A stretch of DNA of 64,000 nt from NCBI GenBank assembly GCA_020351835.1, contig CP070669.1, forward strand, positions 1,286,378-1,350,377. The letters are read 5' to 3'. Positions within the stretch are counted from its first letter, which is position 1. The number at the start of each line of letters is the position of its first letter. Both the position numbers and the translations under genes were made by a program. The stretch comes from Nitrospirota bacterium (GTDB lineage Bacteria > Nitrospirota > Thermodesulfovibrionia > Thermodesulfovibrionales > BMS3Bbin05). Below, one piece after another: positions 47,448 to 55,454 of this stretch. The notes beneath the pieces were generated by a model, which was not told where the DNA came from, did not search any database, and saw only the letters and a program-made list of their open reading frames with translations.

Positions 47448-49283
47448 ATGGACAAAGTAAGATCAAATGTCATGCTCTGTGGCGGTACAGGATGCATAGC
47501 GACCGGTTCTCTTAAGGTAAAGGATGCCCTTGTTACAGAACTGAAGAAGCATAAGCTCTATGATCAGATAACCGTGACCCTCACGGGATGCAACGGTTTC
47601 TGCGCTCAGGGCCCGCTCGTCACGGTATTTCCCGAAGGTATCTTCTATGAAAAGCTGACCGCGGATGATATACCGTTCCTCGTCGAGGAGCATTTTCTGA
47701 AGGGAAGGCCCGTTGAGAAGTTCATGTACAAGGCACCTGAGGATAAATCGGCGGTACCCGCTATAAGCGAGATACCGTTCTTCAAGCACCAGGTGCTCAG
47801 AGCATTAAGGAACAAGGGAATAATCGATCCTGAAAAGATAGAGGAATACATTGCTCGGGACGGTTATATGGCCGCAGCCAAGGCACTGACCGAGATGAAG
47901 CCTGAAGATGTCGTGAAGGAGATGAAAGAGTCAGGCCTTAGAGGACGCGGCGGTGCCGGATTCCCCACCGGGCTTAAGTGGGAGCTCTGTGCGATGTCTA
48001 AGGGCGACCTTAAATATATCCTCTGTAACGGTGACGAGGGTGACCCTGGTGCATTCATGGACAGAAGTATAATGGAGGCCGACCCTCATGTCGTCCTTGA
48101 GGGAATGATAATAGCGGCCAAGGCCATAGGCGCCTCAAAGGGATATATCTATGTAAGGGCAGAATATCCTCTTGCAGTTGAAAGGCTTCAGAAGGCTATC
48201 GACCAGGCAAAGGACTATGGTCTCCTGGGTGAGAATATCCTTAACACAGGGTTCAATCTTGATATAGAGCTTTATCTTGGCGCTGGGGCTTTTGTCTGCG
48301 GTGAAGAAACAGCTCTGATGAGATCACTTGAGGGTAAGAGAGGTATGCCGATACCGCGTCCCCCGTTCCCGGCCCAGAAAGGTCTGTGGGGAAAGCCTAC
48401 GGTTCTAAATAATGTCGAGACCTACGCTAACATCCCACCTATTATCCTTAACGGCGGTGAATGGTATAAGAGTCTTGGTACCGAGAAATCCACAGGCACA
48501 AAGGTCTTCGCACTTACCGGTGCCGTTAATAATATCGGCCTCATCGAGGTTCCGATGGGTATACCTCTCAGGACCATTATCTACGATATCGGTGGCGGTA
48601 TACGAAAGGGCAGAAAGTTCAAAGCGGTTCAGCTCGGTGGCCCTTCGGGCGGATGTGTTCCCGAGCACCTTCTGGACACGCCTGTAACTTATGAGGATAT
48701 CGTACAGACCGGAGCCATCGTAGGTTCAGGCGGTATGGTCGTTATGGACGATTATAACTGTATGGTAAGCGTTGCACGTTTCTTTCTCGACTTCACGACT
48801 GAAGAGTCATGTGGTAAATGCCCGCCATGCAGGATCGGGACCAAGGTCATGAGGGACAAGCTGGCTGATATTACTGAGGGACGGGGGCAGGAAGGAGATG
48901 TCGAGCTTCTCCAGGACCTTGCAAAGGATATTATCAATACATCACTTTGCGGACTTGGCCAGACCGCACCTAACCCTATCCTTACAACGATAAAATATTT
49001 TAAGGACGAGTATGAATCACATATTCATGATAAATGGTGCAAGGCCGGTGTATGTACTGACCTTGCGACGTTCTACATCGACGAGGAAGCATGTAAGGGC
49101 TGCACGGTATGCGCAAAGAACTGTCCGCAGGAATGTATCGCCGGTGAAAAGAAGAAACCACATATCATCGATCAGGAAAAATGTGTCAAGTGCAGGACAT
49201 GCTACGAAAAGTGTAAGTTCAATGCCGTAAAGGTAGGGCCTGCGAACATGTTCGACAAGAAGGATGAGGAGGTGCAGGTATGA
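47448..49283 (+). CDS. HydB/HndC-type NuoF-like flavoprotein (2Fe-2S + FMN/NAD(P)H + N3 cluster + 2x[4Fe-4S])
   Basis: 611 aa: CGGTGC...GCNGFCAQGP; GLRGRGGAGFPTGLKW; SCGKCPPCRIG; CKGCTVCAKNCP and CVKCRTCYEKC. Confidence 0.85.
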   Translation: MDKVRSNVMLCGGTGCIATGSLKVKDALVTELKKHKLYDQITVTLTGCNGFCAQGPLVTVFPEGIFYEKLTADDIPFLVEEHFLKGRPVEKFMYKAPEDKSAVPAISEIPFFKHQVLRALRNKGIIDPEKIEEYIARDGYMAAAKALTEMKPEDVVKEMKESGLRGRGGAGFPTGLKWELCAMSKGDLKYILCNGDEGDPGAFMDRSIMEADPHVVLEGMIIAAKAIGASKGYIYVRAEYPLAVERLQKAIDQAKDYGLLGENILNTGFNLDIELYLGAGAFVCGEETALMRSLEGKRGMPIPRPPFPAQKGLWGKPTVLNNVETYANIPPIILNGGEWYKSLGTEKSTGTKVFALTGAVNNIGLIEVPMGIPLRTIIYDIGGGIRKGRKFKAVQLGGPSGGCVPEHLLDTPVTYEDIVQTGAIVGSGGMVVMDDYNCMVSVARFFLDFTTEESCGKCPPCRIGTKVMRDKLADITEGRGQEGDVELLQDLAKDIINTSLCGLGQTAPNPILTTIKYFKDEYESHIHDKWCKAGVCTDLATFYIDEEACKGCTVCAKNCPQECIAGEKKKPHIIDQEKCVKCRTCYEKCKFNAVKVGPANMFDKKDEEVQV

Positions 49284-51763
49284 TAGAGCTCACTATCGAC
49301 GGAAAAAAGGTTTCTGTACCTAAAGGCACAACAATAATAAATGCTGCAAGGGAGATCGGTATCTATATACCGAACCTCTGTTACGATAAGCGTCTTAAAC
49401 CATACGGCGGATGCAGGCTATGTGTTGTAGAGGTCGAGGGCCAGAGAAAACTGCTTGCCGCATGCTCTACCCCGGCCGAGAACGGCATGGTGGTGCAAAC
49501 GAACACACCTACCCTTCAGAAGGCAAGAAAGACCGTGCTGGAACTGCTTCTTATCCATCACCCGCTGGATTGCCCGGTGTGTGACAAGGCCGGTGAGTGC
49601 AAGCTCCAGGACCTTGCATATGAGTACGGTTCAACAGAAAGCCGCTTTGCCGGTGAAAGAAAGAATGATCCGGAGGCGACAGACAGTCCGCTTATAGTAA
49701 GGAATCCCAACAGATGTATTCTTTGCGGTAAATGCGTAAGGGTTTGCAGAGATCACCAGGGTGTCGGTGCGATAAATCTCATAGGCAGAGGGTTCAAGAC
49801 GAAGATCAGCCCCGCCTTTGAAGAGACCCTCGATTGCGAGTTCTGCGGACAGTGCATAGATGCATGCCCGGTAGGAGCTCTCGGAAGCAAGCCTTATGCT
49901 CATAGCGCAAGGGCATGGTTCCTTGAGGAACAGGACAACATCTGCCCGTACTGCTCTGTAGGTTGTACTGTCACTTATGACATAAGGGAAGAAAAGATAC
50001 TTCGCGCAAGAGGTGTGGAAGGGAAGGGGGTGAACAACGGAGACCTCTGCGGAAAGGGAAGGTTCGGTTTCGATTTTATTTATTCCGACAACAGGCTAAG
50101 GAAACCCCTTATGAAGAAGAACGGCGCACTCGAGGAAACATCATGGGAAGAGGCGCTGTATTTCGTATCTAACAAACTTAATGAAATAAAGGAGAGCAAG
50201 GGCGGTGATTCCATAGGAGCGATAGGATCACCTCGCGCAACGCTTGAGGATAATTACATCTTTCAGAAGTTCATGAGGGATGTAGTAGGAACGAACAACA
50301 TAGATTCTTCTGCGAGGTTAGGGTACGCAAAGGTCGTTAAGGGCATAGAGATGTCGTTCGGCATCAAATCTCAGCCGATCAAGCTGGATTCACCGATAGG
50401 CAAAGATTCCGTTCTTGTTGTCGAATCGGATATAACCTCTACACATCCTATATGGGGACTGCAGTTCCTTCAGGCAATGAGAGAGGGATCTAAACTGATC
50501 GTAGTTGAGCCGAGGGAAACAAAGCTTGCGCGGAATGCGTCAACATGGCTAAAGATGAGGCCTGGAACATCTGTAGCCTTCCTGAACGGCCTTGCAAAGC
50601 TCGCCATCACAGAGGGACTTGTTTACAATAACGAAACAATTATGTCAACGGAGGGCTATGACGAACTGGAAAAGACATTAAAGGACTATACTCCGGAGAA
50701 GGTTTCGGAGATCACGGGAATTGATAAGGAAGTGTTCGTTAAGAGCGCATTGGAGTTCCTCAAGTCTGAATCCAGAATGATCGCCCTGACCCTTACAAAC
50801 TCTGAGAACAGCAAGGGTCTTGATACTATCCTTGCCGCGGCCAATCTGGTAATGCTGACGGGGGACGGGCCAGCCGCTCTTCAGATACCGTCCGACTATT
50901 CGAATACGACCGGCATGTGGCAGATGGGGATATCCCCGGACCATGGTGCAGGACTGAAGGACATCGAGGGAGAAGCGGGCAAGAACGTTGCCGATATGCT
51001 TTATAGATCGGGCGAGCTGAGCGCCCTCTACATAATGGGCGAGGACCCGATCGTTACATTCCCCGATTCATCATCCATCAGTGACACCCTTGGTTCTCTC
51101 GACCTTCTTGTTGTTCAGGACATCAGGCTGACAGAAACGGCCAAGCTTGCTGATGTTGTCCTCCCGGCCGCCAGCTGGGGAGAGAAGGACGGCACCTTTA
51201 TTAACGGCAGCGGCCTGCCACAGCCGATAAAGAAGATGGTTCCTGTGACCGGGGACTCAATCCCCGACTGGCAGATAATGAGGAACCTTGCCCGTGTCAT
51301 GCAGGCGGATCTTGGTGCGGCCGATCTTCGCTCCATACAGAACGAGATAGCCGAGATCGGAGTTGAAGAGGGTGTGAAGAAATGGAAGTTCAATCCCGTT
51401 AAGCAGGAATTCGGAGAAAACGTCGATACGAGCTATCCTATCATGCTAGTCACCGGAAACGTAATGCAGCACTCGGGAGAGCTCTCGGTCATGTCAAAGA
51501 GCCTTAGCCACGTCCTTTCTGACGCGTTCATACAGATCAACCCGGCTGATGCCGAGAAAAGCAAAATTCATGACGGAGCATTTGTAAAGATCACGTCTTC
51601 AAGGGGTGAGGTGTTCATAAAGGCGAGGGTATCGGACGAGGTGCCAGAGGGAATGCTGTTCGTCCCGGTCCACTTCCCTCATGCGAGGGTTAACTCTCTG
51701 ACATATGTATCCGCTAACGGAAGTAACTCCCTGACCGCCGTAAAAGTGGAGCCCCAGAACTAG
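49280..51763 (+). CDS. NuoG-paralogous Fe-S / MopB-like subunit lacking the Mo-ligand Cys/Sec-His
   Basis: 827 aa, colinear with the nuoG in this window. Contains HPLDCPVCDKAGEC, CILCGKCVRVC, CEFCGQCIDACP and CPYCSVGC. The position of ARV(U/C)H in formate dehydrogenases reads ARLGY. Confidence 0.75.
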   Translation: MIELTIDGKKVSVPKGTTIINAAREIGIYIPNLCYDKRLKPYGGCRLCVVEVEGQRKLLAACSTPAENGMVVQTNTPTLQKARKTVLELLLIHHPLDCPVCDKAGECKLQDLAYEYGSTESRFAGERKNDPEATDSPLIVRNPNRCILCGKCVRVCRDHQGVGAINLIGRGFKTKISPAFEETLDCEFCGQCIDACPVGALGSKPYAHSARAWFLEEQDNICPYCSVGCTVTYDIREEKILRARGVEGKGVNNGDLCGKGRFGFDFIYSDNRLRKPLMKKNGALEETSWEEALYFVSNKLNEIKESKGGDSIGAIGSPRATLEDNYIFQKFMRDVVGTNNIDSSARLGYAKVVKGIEMSFGIKSQPIKLDSPIGKDSVLVVESDITSTHPIWGLQFLQAMREGSKLIVVEPRETKLARNASTWLKMRPGTSVAFLNGLAKLAITEGLVYNNETIMSTEGYDELEKTLKDYTPEKVSEITGIDKEVFVKSALEFLKSESRMIALTLTNSENSKGLDTILAAANLVMLTGDGPAALQIPSDYSNTTGMWQMGISPDHGAGLKDIEGEAGKNVADMLYRSGELSALYIMGEDPIVTFPDSSSISDTLGSLDLLVVQDIRLTETAKLADVVLPAASWGEKDGTFINGSGLPQPIKKMVPVTGDSIPDWQIMRNLARVMQADLGAADLRSIQNEIAEIGVEEGVKKWKFNPVKQEFGENVDTSYPIMLVTGNVMQHSGELSVMSKSLSHVLSDAFIQINPADAEKSKIHDGAFVKITSSRGEVFIKARVSDEVPEGMLFVPVHFPHARVNSLTYVSANGSNSLTAVKVEPQN

Positions 51764-51784
51764 GATATTCTAATTAGCACAAAA

Positions 51785-51817
51785 GCCCCGGTCCTAAAAA
51801 GGGCCGGGGCTTTCTTT
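51785..51817. terminator. Bidirectional hairpin terminator between convergent genes
   Basis: GCCCCGGTCC-TAAAAA-GGGCCGGGGC (10 bp with one G-U pair), with T-rich flanks on the plus strand and A-rich flanks upstream. Confidence 0.7.
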
Positions 51818-51835
51818 ATGTACAAAAAAGATCTA

Positions 51836-52201
51836 TCAGTAAGTTATAACAGCTCGTGCGTCTCCGGTAAGCGTTATAAGCTTGGAGGCATTAACGAACT
51901 CGTCAACCTCATCGATGCAGTTGTCCTTGTTCATTTTGCGGGCATCAGAAGAAGGATGGCATACATATACCTCTCCTCCCATTTCTTTGTAGTGACCAAG
52001 CATTATCTCAAGGCTCTCATATGTTTTGAACTTTACATCTTTAAGGTATCCCTTCTTTACAAAGTTAACGCCGTCATCAACAAAGAACATGCTGCAGCCG
52101 AAATCCATACTTAGAGCGGTCAGAGCCTGCGCAAAAGCACTTGATACCAGCTCGCATTTCTCCTTAGGGTCCGCAGATATGATGAATACATAAGATTCCA
52201 T
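51836..52201 (-). CDS. DsrE-like small sulfur-relay protein (copy 2)
   Basis: MESYVFIISADP...VYVCHPSSDAR...FVNASKL. Roughly half the positions are identical by eye to 39213-39578. The ATG at 52201 follows AAGGAGG. The track start at 52207 is a TTG. Confidence 0.55.
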   Translation of the reverse strand: MESYVFIISADPKEKCELVSSAFAQALTALSMDFGCSMFFVDDGVNFVKKGYLKDVKFKTYESLEIMLGHYKEMGGEVYVCHPSSDARKMNKDNCIDEVDEFVNASKLITLTGDARAVITY

Positions 52202-52272
52202 TTGCAAAGCCTCCTTGTTGCTTTTTTATATACAATTTAAAACCCCGCGCGATATAACGTCATTATATACGA

Positions 52273-52302
52273 TTGCTCAAAAAAAGTTAAATAGTTTATA
52301 AT
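52273..52302 (+). promoter_or_regulatory. Candidate sigma-70 promoter (TTGCTC-18 nt-TATAAT) for the HesB-like gene
   Basis: Hexamers read directly from the sequence, about 30 nt upstream of the ATG at 52335. Confidence 0.3.
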
Positions 52303-52334
52303 ATTAGAAACAAGTGCAATAAGACGGAGGAAGC

Positions 52335-52637
52335 ATGGTTACACTAACAGAAAGCGCAGTTAACAAGTTCAAGGACATAGTCGAACAGGAAGGAAGGTCC
52401 GGCGAGGGAATAAGAATATTTCTTGCTCCCGGCGGCTGAGGTCCATCTCTGGCTATGGACATAGCCAAAGAAGGCGTTGAGGGTGATTCTACCCTTGAGA
52501 AGGACGGGCTGAACGTATATCTCGACCCGCAGGCAAATGCGATGCTGACGAACTCGAAGATAGACTTCAATGATCGTCAGGGTTTTGCAATAACAGGGCT
52601 TGAGCAGAGCTCATCCTGTGGTTCTTGCAAGTGCTAA
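52335..52637 (+). CDS. HesB/IscA-type A-type Fe-S carrier with selenocysteine (TGA at 52437-52439) in place of the first ligand Cys
   Basis: GGAGG is followed by an ATG at 52335. Translation is MVTLTESAVNKFKDIVEQEGRSGEGIRIFLAPGG-U-GPSLAMDIAKEG...SSSCGSCKC. The TGA is codon 35, the position of IscA Cys35 (SGCSG). The reading frame is continuous with track ORF 52455-52637. Confidence 0.8.
52447..52470 (+). promoter_or_regulatory. Candidate bacterial SECIS hairpin
   Basis: CTCTGGCTAT-GGAC-ATAGCCAAAG: a 6-bp perfect core stem that is extendable, with an apical loop starting GG about 20 nt after the UGA. Confidence 0.5.
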
Positions 52638-52663
52638 GATAAGAAACCTTTAGCATTGTTCAG

Positions 52664-52699
52664 GCGCTGCCTCTATAGAAAGGGGCAGCGCTTTTTTTT
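52664..52699 (+). terminator. Rho-independent terminator
   Basis: GCGCTGCC...GGCAGCGC stem followed by a run of 8 T. Confidence 0.8.
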
Positions 52700-52787
52700 A
52701 TGCTCATTTCGTAGAAGAATCCCTTATTCTCATGTAAAATCTGATTAGGAGGGGTAGAGGGCGCAATAAGATGACCGGGGTGATCGA

Positions 52788-53528
52788 ATGCTCTCTGTTG
52801 AGAACCTTTCTGTAAGCGTCGAAGGCAGGCAGATCCTGCATGATCTTAACCTGCATGTCATGACCGGGGAAACAGTCGCTCTCTTCGGTCCTAACGGCTC
52901 CGGCAAGACCTCGCTTCTGAAGGCCATCATAGGGGTACCTTCATACAGTATTGAGTCCGGGAAGATCATCTTTAAAGGAAATGACTTAACCCGCCTCAGC
53001 ATGCATGAACGGGCAGTGCTCGGCATCGGGATGTCCTTTCAGAGACCGCCTGCCATAAGAGGGGTCAAGCTTAGAGACCTGCTTGTTACATGTGTTAAAA
53101 AGAGAGGCGGGGTAGATCCGGGCGATATTAACGACATGATAATGAGGCTTGGCCTCAGTGACCTTGCGGAGAGAGATATCAATAAGGGATTTTCTGGCGG
53201 GGAGATCAAGCGTTCAGAGCTTATACAGCTTCAGGCCCAGGGCCCCGACCTTCTGCTGCTTGACGAGCCGGATTCTGGAGTAGACCTGATAAGCATTGAG
53301 CTTGTAGGAAGCGTTATCAACGAGCTACTTCAAAAGGACAGAAAGAAGGACAGAAGGGAAAAAGCGGGGCTAATTATCAGCCATGCGGGGCATATCCTTG
53401 ACTATGTAAATGCCGACAGGGCATACGTTATGCTTAACGGCACTCTTCAATGCTCCGGAAATCCTCGTGAGCTCCTGGATGACATAATAGAAAAAGGCTA
53501 TGAAGGATGCACTGTATGCAAAGGGTAG
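52788..53528 (+). CDS. sufC: Fe-S cluster assembly ATPase SufC
   Basis: 246 aa: Walker A GPNGSGKTS, signature FSGGEIKR, Walker B LLLLDEPDSGVD. Confidence 0.88.
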   Translation: MLSVENLSVSVEGRQILHDLNLHVMTGETVALFGPNGSGKTSLLKAIIGVPSYSIESGKIIFKGNDLTRLSMHERAVLGIGMSFQRPPAIRGVKLRDLLVTCVKKRGGVDPGDINDMIMRLGLSDLAERDINKGFSGGEIKRSELIQLQAQGPDLLLLDEPDSGVDLISIELVGSVINELLQKDRKKDRREKAGLIISHAGHILDYVNADRAYVMLNGTLQCSGNPRELLDDIIEKGYEGCTVCKG

Positions 53529-54742
53529 ACCATGAAAAGAGGGCATTAAGGGCCGTAAGAAAGAGAGCCGATTTCGGGCCCGATCTCGACATCGGTTCCT
53601 ATGAGCACGAGACAAAAGAACTTGATAAGGTCAGGGCGCTCAACGACCTGCCGGGTGACATTGCCGGGGCATCCACAGATGTCGGTATTGAGACCGACGA
53701 AAGCTGCAGATCAGGCACTTTTTTTCAGATAAATCACTCGGTCGTACTGTCAACGGTATACCAGGATGGTCTGGAGATCATGAGCATAACAGAGGCGCTT
53801 CAGAAGTATGACTGGCTCTCCGGGTACCGGTGGCAAGCAATGAAGGAGGACGCAGACAAGTTCACAGCTGAAGCAGAGTTGCACCAGCACCAGGGATACT
53901 TTATAAGGGCATTACCTGGTTCGAAAGTTGAGCTCCCCCTCCAGGCCTGTCTTTTCATGGACCAGGACTCACTCATACAGAACGTTCACAATATAATTAT
54001 TGCCGAAGAGGGCTCCGAGCTTCATATAATTACGGGCTGCGCGGCGGCTGCAAGTGTGAACCGAGGGCTTCATATCGGCATATCTGAGTTCTACATCAAA
54101 AAGAACGCAAAAATGACCTTCACAATGATCCATAAATGGGCCGATAATATGGCCGTAAGACCAAGGTCAGCAGCCATTATAGATGAGAGCGGTCTTTTCC
54201 TGAGCAACTACGTATGCATCAAACCTGTCAGAACGCTTCAGATGTATCCTACGGTCTATTGCACAGGCAAGAACTCGACTGCTCGCTTCAATGCCGTTCT
54301 GGTCGCTCATGAAGGGTCCGATATGGATGTTGGTTCGAGAGTATACCTGAGAAAGGAAGGAAGCAGGGCAGAGGTCATCACCAGAGCTATATCCGAAGGA
54401 GGGAACATCTTCGCAAGAGGCCATCTTATTGGAGAGGTGCCTGACATCAAAGCCCATCTTGAGTGCCGCGGTCTGATCCTTTCAGAGAAGGGCTCTATTC
54501 ATGCAATACCCGAGCTCGAGGGGAAGGTGAGCAATGTAGATATGTCACATGAGGCCGCTGTAGGAAAGATCGCGGAGGAGGAGATACAGTACCTTATGGC
54601 CAGGGGCCTGAGCGAGGAGGAGGCAACGTCTGCCATAGTCAGAGGCTTCCTTGACATTGAGGTAAAAGGACTGCCTTCGCAACTTCAGGCAGAGATGAAA
54701 AAAGCCTTACATCCGAAAGAACTTAAGGACAGGGTATTGTGA
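53507..54742 (+). CDS. SufB/SufD-family Fe-S scaffold protein
   Basis: 411 aa with the family C-terminus: ECRGLILSEKGSIHAIPELEG...DMSHEAAVGKIAEEEIQYLMARGLSEEEATSAIVRGF. The start overlaps the end of sufC. Confidence 0.8.
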   Translation: MHCMQRVDHEKRALRAVRKRADFGPDLDIGSYEHETKELDKVRALNDLPGDIAGASTDVGIETDESCRSGTFFQINHSVVLSTVYQDGLEIMSITEALQKYDWLSGYRWQAMKEDADKFTAEAELHQHQGYFIRALPGSKVELPLQACLFMDQDSLIQNVHNIIIAEEGSELHIITGCAAAASVNRGLHIGISEFYIKKNAKMTFTMIHKWADNMAVRPRSAAIIDESGLFLSNYVCIKPVRTLQMYPTVYCTGKNSTARFNAVLVAHEGSDMDVGSRVYLRKEGSRAEVITRAISEGGNIFARGHLIGEVPDIKAHLECRGLILSEKGSIHAIPELEGKVSNVDMSHEAAVGKIAEEEIQYLMARGLSEEEATSAIVRGFLDIEVKGLPSQLQAEMKKALHPKELKDRVL

Positions 54743-55333
54743 TCATCCTTTTTTGAACCTTGGAAGTATCCTCCCGGTCCTTGCCGCGTATCTCTCATAA
54801 TCAGCGCCGAAGTGATCTATCATCATCTTTTCTTCTTTCGGTACTCTAATCAGGTACATCGGCAGAAATGATATCAGTCCTGCGGGTCCTATCACCCAGT
54901 TGTGAATGAGAAGCAGCTGGGCAAGACAGAGCAACCACATCGACGCATACATTGGATGACGCATGACACGGTATACACCTTCGGTCTTCAGTGAGTGTTC
55001 CTCCATCACCTGAAGTGTCGGTGACCAGCTTTTCCCCAGGTCACGATGAGATCTCCAGAAGAGCCACACAGACGCGGCTAAAGCTCCAGACCCGATGACC
55101 CCTGTCCACCCGGGCAGCCTGAGATCCGCAGATCCGAAGACGGGCTCAATGACATAAAGTACCGGCAGGAAAAGTGTACCCATAAAGGCTATGAAGAGCA
55201 GTATCTTCTCCGGCATAGTGAACAGGTCTACATTTACAGCGAGCTTCCTGTACTGCTTAACATAAGGGAACCTTATGATACCCTCGGCGATCACTCCTGC
55301 CAGAAATATGTACTTTAGCTGTAAGACGGGCAT
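54743..55333 (-). CDS. Isoprenylcysteine carboxyl methyltransferase (ICMT/PEMT-like) family membrane protein
   Basis: 196 aa polytopic protein (GVYRVMRHPMYASMWLL). Confidence 0.6.
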   Translation of the reverse strand: MPVLQLKYIFLAGVIAEGIIRFPYVKQYRKLAVNVDLFTMPEKILLFIAFMGTLFLPVLYVIEPVFGSADLRLPGWTGVIGSGALAASVWLFWRSHRDLGKSWSPTLQVMEEHSLKTEGVYRVMRHPMYASMWLLCLAQLLLIHNWVIGPAGLISFLPMYLIRVPKEEKMMIDHFGADYERYAARTGRILPRFKKG

Positions 55334-55396
55334 AAAGGGATCTCTCTGTGCAAATTATAGCAGATATGTTTTACAGGAACATCCAGATCACATGAC

Positions 55397-55432
55397 AAAA
55401 AAACGGCCGGTATCATTATAGTAATACCGGCC
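55397..55432 (-). terminator. Rho-independent terminator of the small Cys-rich gene
   Basis: GGCCGGTAT...ATACCGGCC stem. A T-run on the minus strand corresponds to A7 at 55397-55403. Confidence 0.75.
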
Positions 55433-55454
55433 TGAAAACAAAAAATGATATTAA

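Noticed and set aside
49280-51763. Calling this protein a NAD-dependent formate dehydrogenase alpha subunit
   Set aside because: The Sec/Cys-His pair of the FDH active site is replaced by Gly-Tyr (ARLGY), exactly as in the NuoG paralogue of this window (ARSFY). It is therefore annotated as NuoG-like with unknown function.
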